This document shows, piece by piece, positions 1-10,140 of a stretch of 64,000 nucleotides of DNA (position 1 is the stretch's first letter; every line of letters starts with the position of its first letter). The translations under genes and the position numbers were made by a program. Source of the DNA: a virus. The stretch lies in IMG/VR virus record IMGVR_UViG_3300028394_000044, positions 64,001 to 128,000 of that record; one strand, given 5' to 3'. The notes beneath the pieces were generated by a model. That model ran no database searches. It was not told the origin of the DNA and was given only the letters and a program-made list of their open reading frames with translations.

Positions 1-2
1 AT

Positions 3-395
3 AAAATTCCGACAAACACTTTTCCACCACATAACATTGTCAAAATTGATGACTATAATTACCAGATAGAACTGGCAGTTGCAGGCTTCAAGATTAGTGA
101 TATTGATATTGAGGTTTTAAAGGGTGAATTGACAATTTCGGGTAAAAGAACTGAATTAAGTGATAAGTATACTTATTTGCATCGTGGCATTGGTGCTCGA
201 TCATTTAAGAAGATTGTAAGACTCTCAGATTCTGTAAAAGTTGATGGAGCGACTTTGGAAGACGGAATTCTGACGGTCAAGCTACATAACATCATTCCAG
301 AAGAAAATCAGCCAAAACGCATTCCAATCGTTTCCAGCGGTAATACTCAAGTATTCAATTCTGAATCCGGCAATAAAAAACTATTGCAAGAATAA
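3..395 (+). CDS. hsp20: Small heat shock protein Hsp20 (IbpA-like), 5'-truncated by window edge
   Basis: Frame is open from nt 3: FPPHNIVK..YQIELAVAGF..YLHRGIGARSF..ATLEDGILTV, the alpha-crystallin signature. Confidence 0.93.
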   Translation, partial: KIPTNTFPPHNIVKIDDYNYQIELAVAGFKISDIDIEVLKGELTISGKRTELSDKYTYLHRGIGARSFKKIVRLSDSVKVDGATLEDGILTVKLHNIIPEENQPKRIPIVSSGNTQVFNSESGNKKLLQE

Positions 396-446
396 TTGTT
401 GACTTTTCTACCTTTCCGTGTTATAATAAACATAGAAAGGTAGATT

Positions 447-689
447 ATGAACAATGCTTTTTTGAGAAAATTGGCGTCCGATGACTTGCGTGAGACTTTG
501 ATGTTTTGTGGATTGGTGGATTCTCCAAACTGTAAAACAAAATCAGTTGACAGTAAAGGGAAAACACGATACGTTTTCAATACATATATTGGTGATATTA
601 TCGTTTATGGACATAATTCAATCTATATAAAGGGTAAGAGATTCCCCTCCATGAATCAAGTGAAATATGAATTGATTAAATATTTATGA
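447..689 (+). CDS. Hypothetical protein
   Basis: 80 aa ORF after TTGACT..TATAAT promoter and AAGG RBS. Confidence 0.6.
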   Translation: MNNAFLRKLASDDLRETLMFCGLVDSPNCKTKSVDSKGKTRYVFNTYIGDIIVYGHNSIYIKGKRFPSMNQVKYELIKYL

Positions 690-1606
690 AAATCGCTCTA
701 GCATCGGACGTCCATTTGGAATTTGGACGCCTCGAATTATTTAATGATGAGAACGCGGACGTTCTAGTTTTGTCTGGTGATATTTGCACAGCAAATGATC
801 TAAATGACCGTGATATCCATGGCATTATGGGTGAAAATACACGTAGCAATATGTACCATACATTTTTCCAAGAATGTTCAGAACGTTTTCCTCATGTTGT
901 TTATGTTGCAGGTAACCATGAACATTATAATGGTGACTACGCAATAACTTTGCCAAGATTAAAAGAGAAACTTGGCTACCTAAAAAATCTACACATCCTC
1001 GATAAAGAACATATCGAGTTGGATGGTTATGTTTTTGTTGGTGGTACTTTGTGGACAGATATGAATAAAGAGGATGCTTTAACTTTATATAATATCAAGG
1101 ATATGATGAACGATTTTCGGATTATAAAAAATTCGAATTCAACTGGATCACATAAAGTTCCTATTTACAAAAAAGATTCTGATGGAAATTATTTTAAAAA
1201 TGAAAATGGTTTTAACGTTATTGACCATTACGAATTTGAAACATTTATTCCTAGATTTAATCCAGAAGATGCTGTTAAAGATCATTATAAAATGATGGAT
1301 TATCTAAAAATAATCATTGATACTTTGGGCAAAGACCGTAAATATATTGTATGTGGTCATCATTCTCCCTCCAAACTATCTACTAAACCTCGATATGAAA
1401 AAGAGGTTCTGATGAATGGTGCATATTCTTCCGACTTGTCTGAATTTATTTTGGATCGTCCTTGTATCAAACTGTGGACGCACGGACACACACATCATAT
1501 TTTTGATTATATGATTGGTTCAACTAGAATCGTATGTAATCCTCGTGGTTATGTTGGTTATGAAGTTAATCCTGGCGATTTCAATTTAACATATCTTGAA
1601 GTATGA
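686..1606 (+). CDS. Calcineurin-like metallophosphoesterase
   Basis: Motifs SDVH, SGD, AGNHE, HH, HGHTH. Confidence 0.9.
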   Translation: MKIALASDVHLEFGRLELFNDENADVLVLSGDICTANDLNDRDIHGIMGENTRSNMYHTFFQECSERFPHVVYVAGNHEHYNGDYAITLPRLKEKLGYLKNLHILDKEHIELDGYVFVGGTLWTDMNKEDALTLYNIKDMMNDFRIIKNSNSTGSHKVPIYKKDSDGNYFKNENGFNVIDHYEFETFIPRFNPEDAVKDHYKMMDYLKIIIDTLGKDRKYIVCGHHSPSKLSTKPRYEKEVLMNGAYSSDLSEFILDRPCIKLWTHGHTHHIFDYMIGSTRIVCNPRGYVGYEVNPGDFNLTYLEV

Positions 1607-1998
1607 TTGATTGTTTAATTATGGGTGATAGTATTGCTGTTGGTGTTTCACAACAACGACCCGAATGTAGTGTTCAGGCTGTTGTTGGTATCACCAGCAA
1701 AAAATGGAATATCACATACAACGGACAAAAACATGAAGCTAAGACTGCAATTATTAGTCTTAGTACGAATGACTTTTCTAGTATTGACACACGAAGAGAA
1801 CTTACTGATTTGCGTAAACAGGTTATTGCTGAGAAAGTTTTTTGGGTAATGCCTGCAAGATTCAATGGGGTGTTTCATATTGTACAAACAATCGCTAGTG
1901 AGAACGGAGATAAATTCTTAATTTCCGCACATCTTTCTCCTGATGGTATACATCCAACAACTAAAGGATATCGCCTTCTTGCGGAACAAACCAAATGA
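1603..1998 (+). CDS. SGNH/GDSL hydrolase-like protein
   Basis: GDSIA block I, STND block III, DGIHP block V. Confidence 0.8.
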   Translation: MIDCLIMGDSIAVGVSQQRPECSVQAVVGITSKKWNITYNGQKHEAKTAIISLSTNDFSSIDTRRELTDLRKQVIAEKVFWVMPARFNGVFHIVQTIASENGDKFLISAHLSPDGIHPTTKGYRLLAEQTK

Positions 1999-2426
1999 AA
2001 GAAAAGTTTATTGAAGCATACATGCAAATTGCGGAGACATTTGCAGAACTAAGTTCCGCACGTAGATTACATGTTGGTGCAATTGTGGTAAAAGATGACC
2101 GCATCATCTCTATTGGTTATAATGGTATGCCAAGCGGTTGGGATAACAACTGTGAAGAAGAACTTAAATGGCCCAATGGTGAAATTAGATATTTAAAATC
2201 CAAACCAGAAGTACTCCATGCTGAAACGAATGCAATTGCTAAATTAGCTAGGTCTACAGAATCTGGATTGGGAGCTAGTCTTTTTGTTACTCATGCGCCG
2301 TGTTTAGACTGTGCTAAGTTGGTGTATCAGTCTGGCATCAATTCTGTGTATTACCGAGAATCTTATCGTTCCGATGATGGGATTAATTTTTTATTAAAAG
2401 CTGGAGTAGGAGTAAGTAAATTATGA
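1995..2426 (+). CDS. cd: dCMP deaminase
   Basis: GYNG, HAE and PCLDC zinc-binding motifs. Confidence 0.93.
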   Translation: MKEKFIEAYMQIAETFAELSSARRLHVGAIVVKDDRIISIGYNGMPSGWDNNCEEELKWPNGEIRYLKSKPEVLHAETNAIAKLARSTESGLGASLFVTHAPCLDCAKLVYQSGINSVYYRESYRSDDGINFLLKAGVGVSKL

Positions 2427-2761
2427 ATGTGCGTAGAAATTTTTTAAAGGGTGCAGGTATTATCTCTGCATTTGTTGTGGGTGCAGCATCTTATAAACAA
2501 GTGCAAGAAATTGCTGAAGCAAATCGAGATATTAGTCACTTAGCACCACCTGAAGGCGCAACAACACTACAGATTACTGGTAACTATGGTAAAACTGTGG
2601 CGCCATTTATCACTACAAATGCTACAAATGGATATGGAATGTATTCATTTGCGCCCATGTATTCTACACCAACAAACTCTGTTACTATGACTGTTGGTAA
2701 AGATGATCGTCTATGGATTAAAATTAATGAGGAGTGGAAACGTGTCGCAATTGAAGGATAA
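2423..2761 (+). CDS. Protein with twin-arginine (Tat) signal-like N-terminus
   Basis: MNVRRNFLKG followed by a hydrophobic stretch. Confidence 0.6.
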   Translation: MNVRRNFLKGAGIISAFVVGAASYKQVQEIAEANRDISHLAPPEGATTLQITGNYGKTVAPFITTNATNGYGMYSFAPMYSTPTNSVTMTVGKDDRLWIKINEEWKRVAIEG

Positions 2762-3269
2762 AAACTATATTGGTAATGTTGTTGAAATTTGTGAAAATGG
2801 TGATGCCATTTTAGAACTTCCTGACGATTTATTATCTGAAATGGGCTGGGGTGAAGGCACCAGATTAAACATTGAAAATAAAAATGGAGGAATAATTTTG
2901 TCTGAGTTGAAAACTGAAATGAATAAAGACGTAAATACTTTTATTGAAGCGTGTGACCAAGTTTCTTCACCCGAGAACGTTAGTCTCTACAGAAATCTTA
3001 TTAATGAAGAGTACTGGGAATTTCAAAATGCATTGAAAGCCAAAGATGATGTGGAACAACTTGATGCATGTATGGACATGATTTGGGTTATTCTGGGTTA
3101 TTGTAAAATGAAAGGTTTTGATGTTGATGGAGCATGGGCAGAAGTTGCACGAAGTAACTTAGCCAAAATTAATTCTGAAACAGGCAAAGTTATCAAGCGC
3201 AATGACGGCAAAGTTTTAAAACCTGAAGGATGGACGCCTCCAGTACTTGACACTTTCGTTCAAAAGTGA
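2742..3269 (+). CDS. AbrB/MazE-like domain fused to MazG-like (PRA-PH type) NTP pyrophosphohydrolase
   Basis: GTG start after GAGGAG; N-term LELPDDLLSEMGWGEGTRLNI; C-term LINEEYWE..DACMD..EVARSN..DGKVLKPEGW. Confidence 0.75.
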   Translation: MSQLKDKNYIGNVVEICENGDAILELPDDLLSEMGWGEGTRLNIENKNGGIILSELKTEMNKDVNTFIEACDQVSSPENVSLYRNLINEEYWEFQNALKAKDDVEQLDACMDMIWVILGYCKMKGFDVDGAWAEVARSNLAKINSETGKVIKRNDGKVLKPEGWTPPVLDTFVQK

Positions 3270-3280
3270 TACAATACATT

Positions 3281-3556
3281 ATGAACGATGATACACGGGA
3301 AATACTTTTAATACTCCAAGAAGAATGTGCTGAAGTTAGTCAAGCCATCAGCAAATGTTTCCGATTTGGACCTGATCAAATTAAACCTGGCAAAGAACAA
3401 ACTAACATTCAACACCTTCAAGAAGAACTTGGTGATGTACTAGCCATGATTGACTTGTTGGTAAAGAAAAATGTTGGTGTAGAAACCGTTGGCCTCTTAA
3501 ATGCCAAAGTACAAAAAATTGAAAAACTTAAACAATGGAGCAATATCGCACTATGA
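3281..3556 (+). CDS. MazG-like NTP pyrophosphohydrolase
   Basis: LQEECAEV..K..RFG..EELGDVL motif. Confidence 0.8.
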   Translation: MNDDTREILLILQEECAEVSQAISKCFRFGPDQIKPGKEQTNIQHLQEELGDVLAMIDLLVKKNVGVETVGLLNAKVQKIEKLKQWSNIAL

Positions 3557-3783
3557 ATCCTTCTAAAATTGCATTCCTGTTGGCTCAGAAAATGAACCTG
3601 CGGGCCTATAAATATGACTTGTTTCTACGGGAGTACGATAACGTAGTAGAGTTGGTCGGTTTGGTAAACGACCCAACACAAAACATGGAAGATTTCCGTG
3701 GTCGTGAAATGCTTTTCCCTAAGAAATGGGTAACGCTTAAGACCTTCTTTGCGGAAGAAAAAGTTGAAAGGTTGCTGGCATGA
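3553..3783 (+). CDS. Hypothetical protein
   Basis: Coupled ORF with ATGA overlap to next gene. Confidence 0.6.
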   Translation: MNPSKIAFLLAQKMNLRAYKYDLFLREYDNVVELVGLVNDPTQNMEDFRGREMLFPKKWVTLKTFFAEEKVERLLA

Positions 3784-4079
3784 AGCTAAGACTCATTACA
3801 TTTAAAACTAACCAGACAGTTCTAGGTAATGTATCTGGAGAAAATCCTGCATTTATTTTTATGGAAAAACCTGTACAGGTCATTGTACAGCCAACCAAAG
3901 ATGGTCCAATGATGGGATTCTCTCCTTTCTTAGAATACTCTGAAGAATTCAATACGGGTATTAACTTTAAAGTTGAAGACATTCTATGCGTTACAACTCC
4001 CGTTACTGAACTTCAAAATCAGTACAGCCAAATGTTTGGATCTGGCATTCAAATCGCGTCATCTATTCCAAAATATTAA
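3780..4079 (+). CDS. Conserved T4-like phage protein upstream of DNA polymerase (Sm-like fold suspected)
   Basis: Ends Y..MFGSGIQIAS; abuts polymerase start. Confidence 0.6.
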   Translation: MKLRLITFKTNQTVLGNVSGENPAFIFMEKPVQVIVQPTKDGPMMGFSPFLEYSEEFNTGINFKVEDILCVTTPVTELQNQYSQMFGSGIQIASSIPKY

Positions 4080-6625
4080 TGAATAACTTTTACACAAGTG
4101 TTATTTGTGTAGGTAACAACATCCTTTATCGTGGTGTTGAAAACGGTCGGCGTGTTAAGCTAAAGATTGGCTACACGCCGACTATGTTTTTGCCTGCTCA
4201 AAAAACTACAGCATGGAAGAACCTTCAAGGTGAATCACTTGAAGAGATTAAACTCGGCTCGATCCGTGAATGTAGAGATTTTATTAAACGTTACGAGGAA
4301 GTAGACAACTTTAAAATCTATGGAAATACACGCTATGAATATGCCTATATTGCTGATGAGTTTAAAGGAATGGTCGAATGGGACCAAAGCAAAATCCGAA
4401 TCGGTATCATTGATATTGAGGTTGGTTCAGAAAATGGCTTTCCTGACCCATACAAAGCAAGTGAACCAATCACCGCAATTGCGCTCAAAATCTTAGATGG
4501 TGCAATGATTGTTTATGGTTGTGGAGATTTCAATAACTATGATGACAACGTAACCTATGTTAAATGCCGTGATGAATATGATCTATGTAAAAAGTTTCTT
4601 ACAGATTGGTATGAAAATACACCCGACATTATAACTGGTTGGAATACAAAGTTTTTTGATATTCCATACTTAGTTAATCGTTTTGAAAAGATTGTTGGCT
4701 CTGATGAGATGAAGAAGTTATCTCCTTGGGGTATCATTAACGAACGTAAGACAAACATTCACGGCCGTGAAATGATTGCTTATGAGATTTATGGTCTTGC
4801 ATCATTAGACTATATTGAACTGTATAAGTGGTATGCGCCCGGCGGTAAATCACAAGAATCATACCGATTGGATAACATTGCTAACGTTGAGTTGGGTGAA
4901 AGTAAACTATCTTATGATGAGTTTGATAACCTACACCAATTATATCGACTGAATTACCAAAAGTTTATTGAATATAACATCAAAGACGTTGAGTTGATTG
5001 TTAAACTTGAAGGTAAGTTAAAGTTGATTGAATTGGCTTTGACTCTTGCATATGATACAAAATCTAATTATGAAGATGTGTTTGCACAGACCCGAATGTG
5101 GGATGCTATCATTTATGGTTACTTGTTAGAAAGAAACATCGTTGTTCCTCCACGTGAAATCAGTGATAAAGATGGTTGTTTTGAAGGCGCTTATGTTAAA
5201 GAACCACAAGTTGGTCTACATGATTGGGTTGCCTCGTTTGACTTGAATTCGCTATACCCGCATTTGATGATGCAATACAATATTTCTCCTGAGACATTGA
5301 TTGATCCGAGCAAGTACACTCCAGAGATGCGGCAGATTATATCTAATGGAGTAACCGTTGATAAATTGTTGTTTAAGTCACTTAATCTATCAAATATGAG
5401 TGGTGTGACTTTAACTCCTAATGGTCAATTCTTTCGAACTGATATACAGGGCTTCGTGCCTAAGATGCTGGAAGAGATGTACAATGACCGTAAGAAATTT
5501 AAGAAGATGATGCTTGTCGCCAAACAAGACTATGAAAATGAAAAAGATGCAGTCAAACGAATCGAACTTGAAAATAGAATTGCTAGGTATGACAACTTGC
5601 AGTTGGCTAAGAAAGTTTCTTTGAATTCTGCATATGGTGCCATGGGTTCACAATACTTCCGATTTTATGACTTACGTATTGCTCTTGCTGTTACTTCTGC
5701 TGGTCAATTATCTATTCGTTGGATTGAAAATAAATTGAACGGCTATATGAACAAGTTACTTGGTTCATCCGATATTGATTATGTGATTGCATCAGATACA
5801 GATTCTATTTACTTACGTTTATCTGAATTGGTGAACAAAGTTTATGGTGTTGATGGTGTTGTAAAAATGTCAACTCAAAAAGTTATTGAATTTATGGACA
5901 GAGTTTGTGAAGACAAATTACAACCATTTATTGATAGGTCTTATGAAGAATTGGCTAATTATGTGAATGCCTTTGACCAGAAGATGCAAATGAAACGTGA
6001 AGGTCTTTCTAATAAAGGTATCTGGACAGCTAAGAAAAGATACATTCTAAACGTTTATAATAATGAAGGAGTTCAGTATAATGAGCCTCACTTGAAAGTT
6101 ATGGGTTTAGAGATGGTTAAATCTTCCACTCCTTCTGCTATTAGAGTAAAAATGAAAGAGTCTATTCGTCTTATGGTGACTGGTACCGAAGATGATGTTC
6201 AGAAATTTATCTTTGATTTTCGTGAACAGTTTAAGAAATTACCTCCTGAAGAAATTTCTTTTCCGCGTTCAGTTAATGGTTTAAATACATATTCTAATTC
6301 ATCAAGCATTTATATCAAGGGTACTCCTATACATGTGAAGGGTGCTTTAATATATAATTATTTGCTGAAGAAGCATAATTTAGATAAAAAGTATCCTATG
6401 ATTCAAGAAGGTGAGAAGTTGAAATTCACTTACTTGAAACAGCCTAATCTTTTGAATGATACTGTAATTTCTTATCCTTCACGATTGCCAACAGAATTTG
6501 GTCTCGATGACTATATCGATTATGATTTACAATTTAATAAAGCATTCTTAGATCCAATTAAAATTATTCTTGATTGCATGAATTGGCAAGCTGAAAAAAC
6601 AAACTCCTTAGATGATTTCTTCTAA
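4079..6625 (+). CDS. 43: Family B DNA polymerase (T4 gp43)
   Basis: DIEV exonuclease, SFDLNSLYP, KVSLNSAYG, ASDTDS motifs; C-terminal SLDDFF clamp-binding peptide. Confidence 0.99.
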   Translation: MNNFYTSVICVGNNILYRGVENGRRVKLKIGYTPTMFLPAQKTTAWKNLQGESLEEIKLGSIRECRDFIKRYEEVDNFKIYGNTRYEYAYIADEFKGMVEWDQSKIRIGIIDIEVGSENGFPDPYKASEPITAIALKILDGAMIVYGCGDFNNYDDNVTYVKCRDEYDLCKKFLTDWYENTPDIITGWNTKFFDIPYLVNRFEKIVGSDEMKKLSPWGIINERKTNIHGREMIAYEIYGLASLDYIELYKWYAPGGKSQESYRLDNIANVELGESKLSYDEFDNLHQLYRLNYQKFIEYNIKDVELIVKLEGKLKLIELALTLAYDTKSNYEDVFAQTRMWDAIIYGYLLERNIVVPPREISDKDGCFEGAYVKEPQVGLHDWVASFDLNSLYPHLMMQYNISPETLIDPSKYTPEMRQIISNGVTVDKLLFKSLNLSNMSGVTLTPNGQFFRTDIQGFVPKMLEEMYNDRKKFKKMMLVAKQDYENEKDAVKRIELENRIARYDNLQLAKKVSLNSAYGAMGSQYFRFYDLRIALAVTSAGQLSIRWIENKLNGYMNKLLGSSDIDYVIASDTDSIYLRLSELVNKVYGVDGVVKMSTQKVIEFMDRVCEDKLQPFIDRSYEELANYVNAFDQKMQMKREGLSNKGIWTAKKRYILNVYNNEGVQYNEPHLKVMGLEMVKSSTPSAIRVKMKESIRLMVTGTEDDVQKFIFDFREQFKKLPPEEISFPRSVNGLNTYSNSSSIYIKGTPIHVKGALIYNYLLKKHNLDKKYPMIQEGEKLKFTYLKQPNLLNDTVISYPSRLPTEFGLDDYIDYDLQFNKAFLDPIKIILDCMNWQAEKTNSLDDFF

Positions 6626-6659
6626 TATGACACACATACAATATACATGAAAGGTTATT

Positions 6660-7712
6660 ATGAGCTTACTGGACAAAATTAAAAAGAACTCTACAATTAA
6701 AGATTCCGCAATTCTTTCAAAGTCTAAGTTTTTCAATGAGAAGGATATGATTTCAACATCTATTCCTATGATTAACGTAGCATTATCAGGAAGACTTGAT
6801 GGTGGTCTAACACCAGGACTTACCATGTGGGCAGGTCCTTCTAAACACTTTAAGACTGCGTTTAGCTTGTTGATGGCTAAATCTTACATGGAGAAATATC
6901 CAGAATCTGTATTGTTGTTTTATGATTCTGAATTTGGTACTCCAAAATCATACTTTGAGACTTTCAACATTGATATGGAGAGAGTTTTACATACTCCATT
7001 AACCGATATTGAACAGTTGAAGTTTGATATTATGAAACAACTAGAAGGTATTGACCGTAGCGACCGAGTAATGATTTTGGTTGATTCTATTGGTAACTTG
7101 GCTTCTAAGAAAGAAGTAGAAGATGCACTTGAAGGTAAGTCTGTTGCTGATATGTCACGTGCAAAACAAGTAAAGAGTTTATTCCGTATGGTTACTCCAC
7201 ATCTATCACTTAAAGATATTCCAATGGTGGTTGTTAACCATACATATAAAACAATGGAATTATATTCAAAAGATGTTGTTGGTGGTGGAACAGGTTCTTA
7301 TTACTCTGCTGATAATATTTTCATCTTGGGTCGCCAACAAGAAAAAGAAGGTACCGAAATTATTGGTTATAACTTTATTATCAACGTTGAGAAATCTCGT
7401 TATGTTAAAGAGAAGTCTAAGATTCCTGTTAATGTATTGTTTGATGGCGGCATTAGCAAATATTCTGGTTTGATGGATGTAGCACTCGAAGGTAAATTTG
7501 TTACTAAGCCTAGCAATGGTTGGTATGCTAAAGTTGATCAATCAACTGGTGAAGTTGGTGAAAAATATCGCCTTACTGATACACTGAGTCCTGAATTCTG
7601 GAACGATTTGCTGGCTGATAATGGATTTAAAGAATATGTGAGAAAAAAATATGAAATCGCTTATGGAAACATTATGGGAACTTCTGAAGTTTTGGAAGAA
7701 GTCGAAGAATAA
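6660..7712 (+). CDS. uvsX: RecA-like recombinase UvsX
   Basis: AGPSKHFKT Walker A, YDSEFG, DSIGNLASKKE, GGTG. Confidence 0.98.
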   Translation: MSLLDKIKKNSTIKDSAILSKSKFFNEKDMISTSIPMINVALSGRLDGGLTPGLTMWAGPSKHFKTAFSLLMAKSYMEKYPESVLLFYDSEFGTPKSYFETFNIDMERVLHTPLTDIEQLKFDIMKQLEGIDRSDRVMILVDSIGNLASKKEVEDALEGKSVADMSRAKQVKSLFRMVTPHLSLKDIPMVVVNHTYKTMELYSKDVVGGGTGSYYSADNIFILGRQQEKEGTEIIGYNFIINVEKSRYVKEKSKIPVNVLFDGGISKYSGLMDVALEGKFVTKPSNGWYAKVDQSTGEVGEKYRLTDTLSPEFWNDLLADNGFKEYVRKKYEIAYGNIMGTSEVLEEVEE

Positions 7713-8022
7713 ACTTAAAGAAGGTATCGATTTTAAGTTCTACGATTTTGCTGATTCGGACTTGAGGGGTATAGTTTTTCTAACAGGAGAATATGCCGAT
7801 GTTCTATTTTATTATACGAACGCAAGTATTGCTGAAGAAGGCATGGGTGCTAGACTGAAATTCGGCTACCAAGTCGTGAAATCGGGCAAATACACCAGAG
7901 AAGCATTGCAAACAGATGATAAATTTGTTACAATGCTAGGTGACTTGCTAACGGATATTATTTTAATGGATGGTAAATTTGAATCGCCTAGAACTTTCTA
8001 TTCTGAAGAATCTAATCTATAA
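7651..8022 (+). CDS. Hypothetical protein in the T4 gp40 position
   Basis: Between uvsX and 41 as in T4; start codon uncertain. Confidence 0.5.
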   Translation: MKSLMETLWELLKFWKKSKNKLKEGIDFKFYDFADSDLRGIVFLTGEYADVLFYYTNASIAEEGMGARLKFGYQVVKSGKYTREALQTDDKFVTMLGDLLTDIILMDGKFESPRTFYSEESNL

Positions 8023-9379
8023 TGAAGACTATACCCGTAAGGTATTACCCTTCATTCAATCGGAGTATTTTTCAGACAACACCGAAAAAAATGTATTCAA
8101 TGAAATTAAAAACTTCATTGAGACCTACAACAACGTACCAACTTATGAAGCACTGACGATTAATTTCACAGAGAGTAAATCTCACACCGAAGAACAAGTT
8201 CGTGGTGCGATTGAAATTTTGAAAGATATTCGTGCAAACAAAGATGAACCGACTGATGAGAATTGGTTGATAACACAAACAGAAAAGTTTTGTCAAGATA
8301 AAGCAATTTACAATGCCATCATGGAATCAGTTTCCATTCTTGATGACAAGAAGAGTGTGAAAGGAAAAGGCGAAATTCCTAAGATTTTGTCTGATGCACT
8401 TGGTGTATCCTTTGACAATAATATTGGTCACGATTACATTACAGATTTTGAAAGCCGTTATGAATTCTACCACAGAAAAGAAGAACGTGTCCCTTTTGAC
8501 TTGGATTACTTTAACAGAATCACAAAAGGTGGTTTACCTAATAAAACACTCAATATTGCTCTTGCCGGTACTGGTGTGGGAAAAAGTTTGTTTATGTGCC
8601 ACGTGGCTGCTGGTTGTATTGCACAAGGTACTGATGTTCTTTACATTACCATGGAAATGGCTGAAGAAAAAATTGCAGAACGTATAGACGCAAATATGTT
8701 GAATATTCCAATCAATGACCTTCATGTTATTGGTAAAGAAGATTATGTCCGTAGGTTTGAAGCATTACAAAACAAAACTCATGGTAAATTAATTATCAAA
8801 GAATATCCAACTGCAGCCGCATCTTCAATGCACTTTAGAGCATTATTGAATGAGCTTCAATTAAAAAAGAACTTCCGACCAAAAATTATCTTTATAGATT
8901 ATTTGAATATATGTTCATCTTCTCGTATGAAAATGGGTGCAAGTGTTAACTCATACACATATGTCAAGTCGATTGCGGAAGAATTGAGAGGTTTGGCAGT
9001 TGAGTTTAATGTTCCGATTGTATCTGCTACACAAACTACACGGTCTGGCTTCAGTAACTCTGATGTTGGTCTGGAAGATACCAGCGAATCTTTTGGTTTG
9101 CCAGCTACTGCTGATTTTATGTTTGCTTTGATTACTACTGAAGAATTACAACAATTGAATCAGATTATGGTTAAACAGTTGAAAAATAGATACAGTGATC
9201 CAACCATGAACAAGAAATTTGTTATTGGAGTTGACAAATCTAAAATGAGGTTGTATGATGTGGAAGACATAGCACAAAACTTAATCGATTCTGGTCAAGT
9301 TGCGGATGATAAACCTCTGAACACGTTTGGTAATCGTGAGCGTAAATTTATTTCAAAGTTTGATAATGTGCGTGTATAA
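7970..9379 (+). CDS. 41: Replicative DnaB-like helicase (T4 gp41)
   Basis: AGTGVGKS, IIKEYPT, IDYLNIC, SESFGLPATAD, KQLKNRY. Confidence 0.98.
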   Translation: MVNLNRLELSILKNLIYNEDYTRKVLPFIQSEYFSDNTEKNVFNEIKNFIETYNNVPTYEALTINFTESKSHTEEQVRGAIEILKDIRANKDEPTDENWLITQTEKFCQDKAIYNAIMESVSILDDKKSVKGKGEIPKILSDALGVSFDNNIGHDYITDFESRYEFYHRKEERVPFDLDYFNRITKGGLPNKTLNIALAGTGVGKSLFMCHVAAGCIAQGTDVLYITMEMAEEKIAERIDANMLNIPINDLHVIGKEDYVRRFEALQNKTHGKLIIKEYPTAAASSMHFRALLNELQLKKNFRPKIIFIDYLNICSSSRMKMGASVNSYTYVKSIAEELRGLAVEFNVPIVSATQTTRSGFSNSDVGLEDTSESFGLPATADFMFALITTEELQQLNQIMVKQLKNRYSDPTMNKKFVIGVDKSKMRLYDVEDIAQNLIDSGQVADDKPLNTFGNRERKFISKFDNVRV

Positions 9380-9382
9380 ATA
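9375..9382 (+). promoter_or_regulatory. T4-type (gp55) late promoter TATAAATA
   Basis: Exact TATAAATA about 20 nt before the 9403 ORF; CATAAATA variants at 19887 and 26088, exact copy at 55001. Confidence 0.75.
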
Positions 9383-9402
9383 TCTAATAACTGGAGATTT
9401 TT

Positions 9403-10140
9403 ATGGCAGGTGCATTAGCAGAACGACAAGAATCGGGTGTAGTTGAAAAAATTAATAGCGCATTCAAAGCGAACGGTAAAAATCCAATCACTTTAGTTGC
9501 CGGCAAAACTACAATTGTTGGTGTAGTTGGTGCTGAAAAATACACAGGTAGACAAGCTGGTGGTTCAGAACCATATACAGATGTTGTTATTAGCGCCATC
9601 GTCAAAGGTAAAAAGATTGATATTAATTGTTCCCTAAAAGGTGAATCTGCTCCATCTCTAGCAGGAGGCGGTTTAAAAGGTTTAGAACTTGCTGTGCCTG
9701 GTATTGCAAAAAAGTTTATGGAAGCTGCATTTAAAGAATTAACAGGTAGAAAAAAATTGCAAACGGGCGATAAAGTACCTGACGTATTTGGTAAAATTTC
9801 AGATAATGATAAAGTGAAAATTGTTGTTGGAAATAAAGCGATGGGCGGACCTATTGACTATATGTACATTGGTCCTATGAATGTTACTGGTAAATATGAT
9901 AAAAATAGTAACACCTTGACTTTAAACGGAACATTAACTGAAGCTGTAAAATATGCAAAAACCCATGACTTATATTTCCGACTAAGAGCTAGAAGAGAAG
10001 ATCAAAGATTTGATCCTGATTCGAAAGATAGAGATGGAACACCAAAGATTTATGGTGTTTCTCCTTCCCGTGGCGATAGTGCCGGTCGTATTGTTGTTAC
10101 TGACAAAGTGGCCTCAACAGGCGTAATTGTAAAAATATGA
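9403..10140 (+). CDS. Hypothetical protein, possible PD-(D/E)xK nuclease fold
   Basis: AERQE helix, PYTD and CSLK spacing resemble restriction-like nucleases. Confidence 0.45.
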   Translation: MAGALAERQESGVVEKINSAFKANGKNPITLVAGKTTIVGVVGAEKYTGRQAGGSEPYTDVVISAIVKGKKIDINCSLKGESAPSLAGGGLKGLELAVPGIAKKFMEAAFKELTGRKKLQTGDKVPDVFGKISDNDKVKIVVGNKAMGGPIDYMYIGPMNVTGKYDKNSNTLTLNGTLTEAVKYAKTHDLYFRLRARREDQRFDPDSKDRDGTPKIYGVSPSRGDSAGRIVVTDKVASTGVIVKI

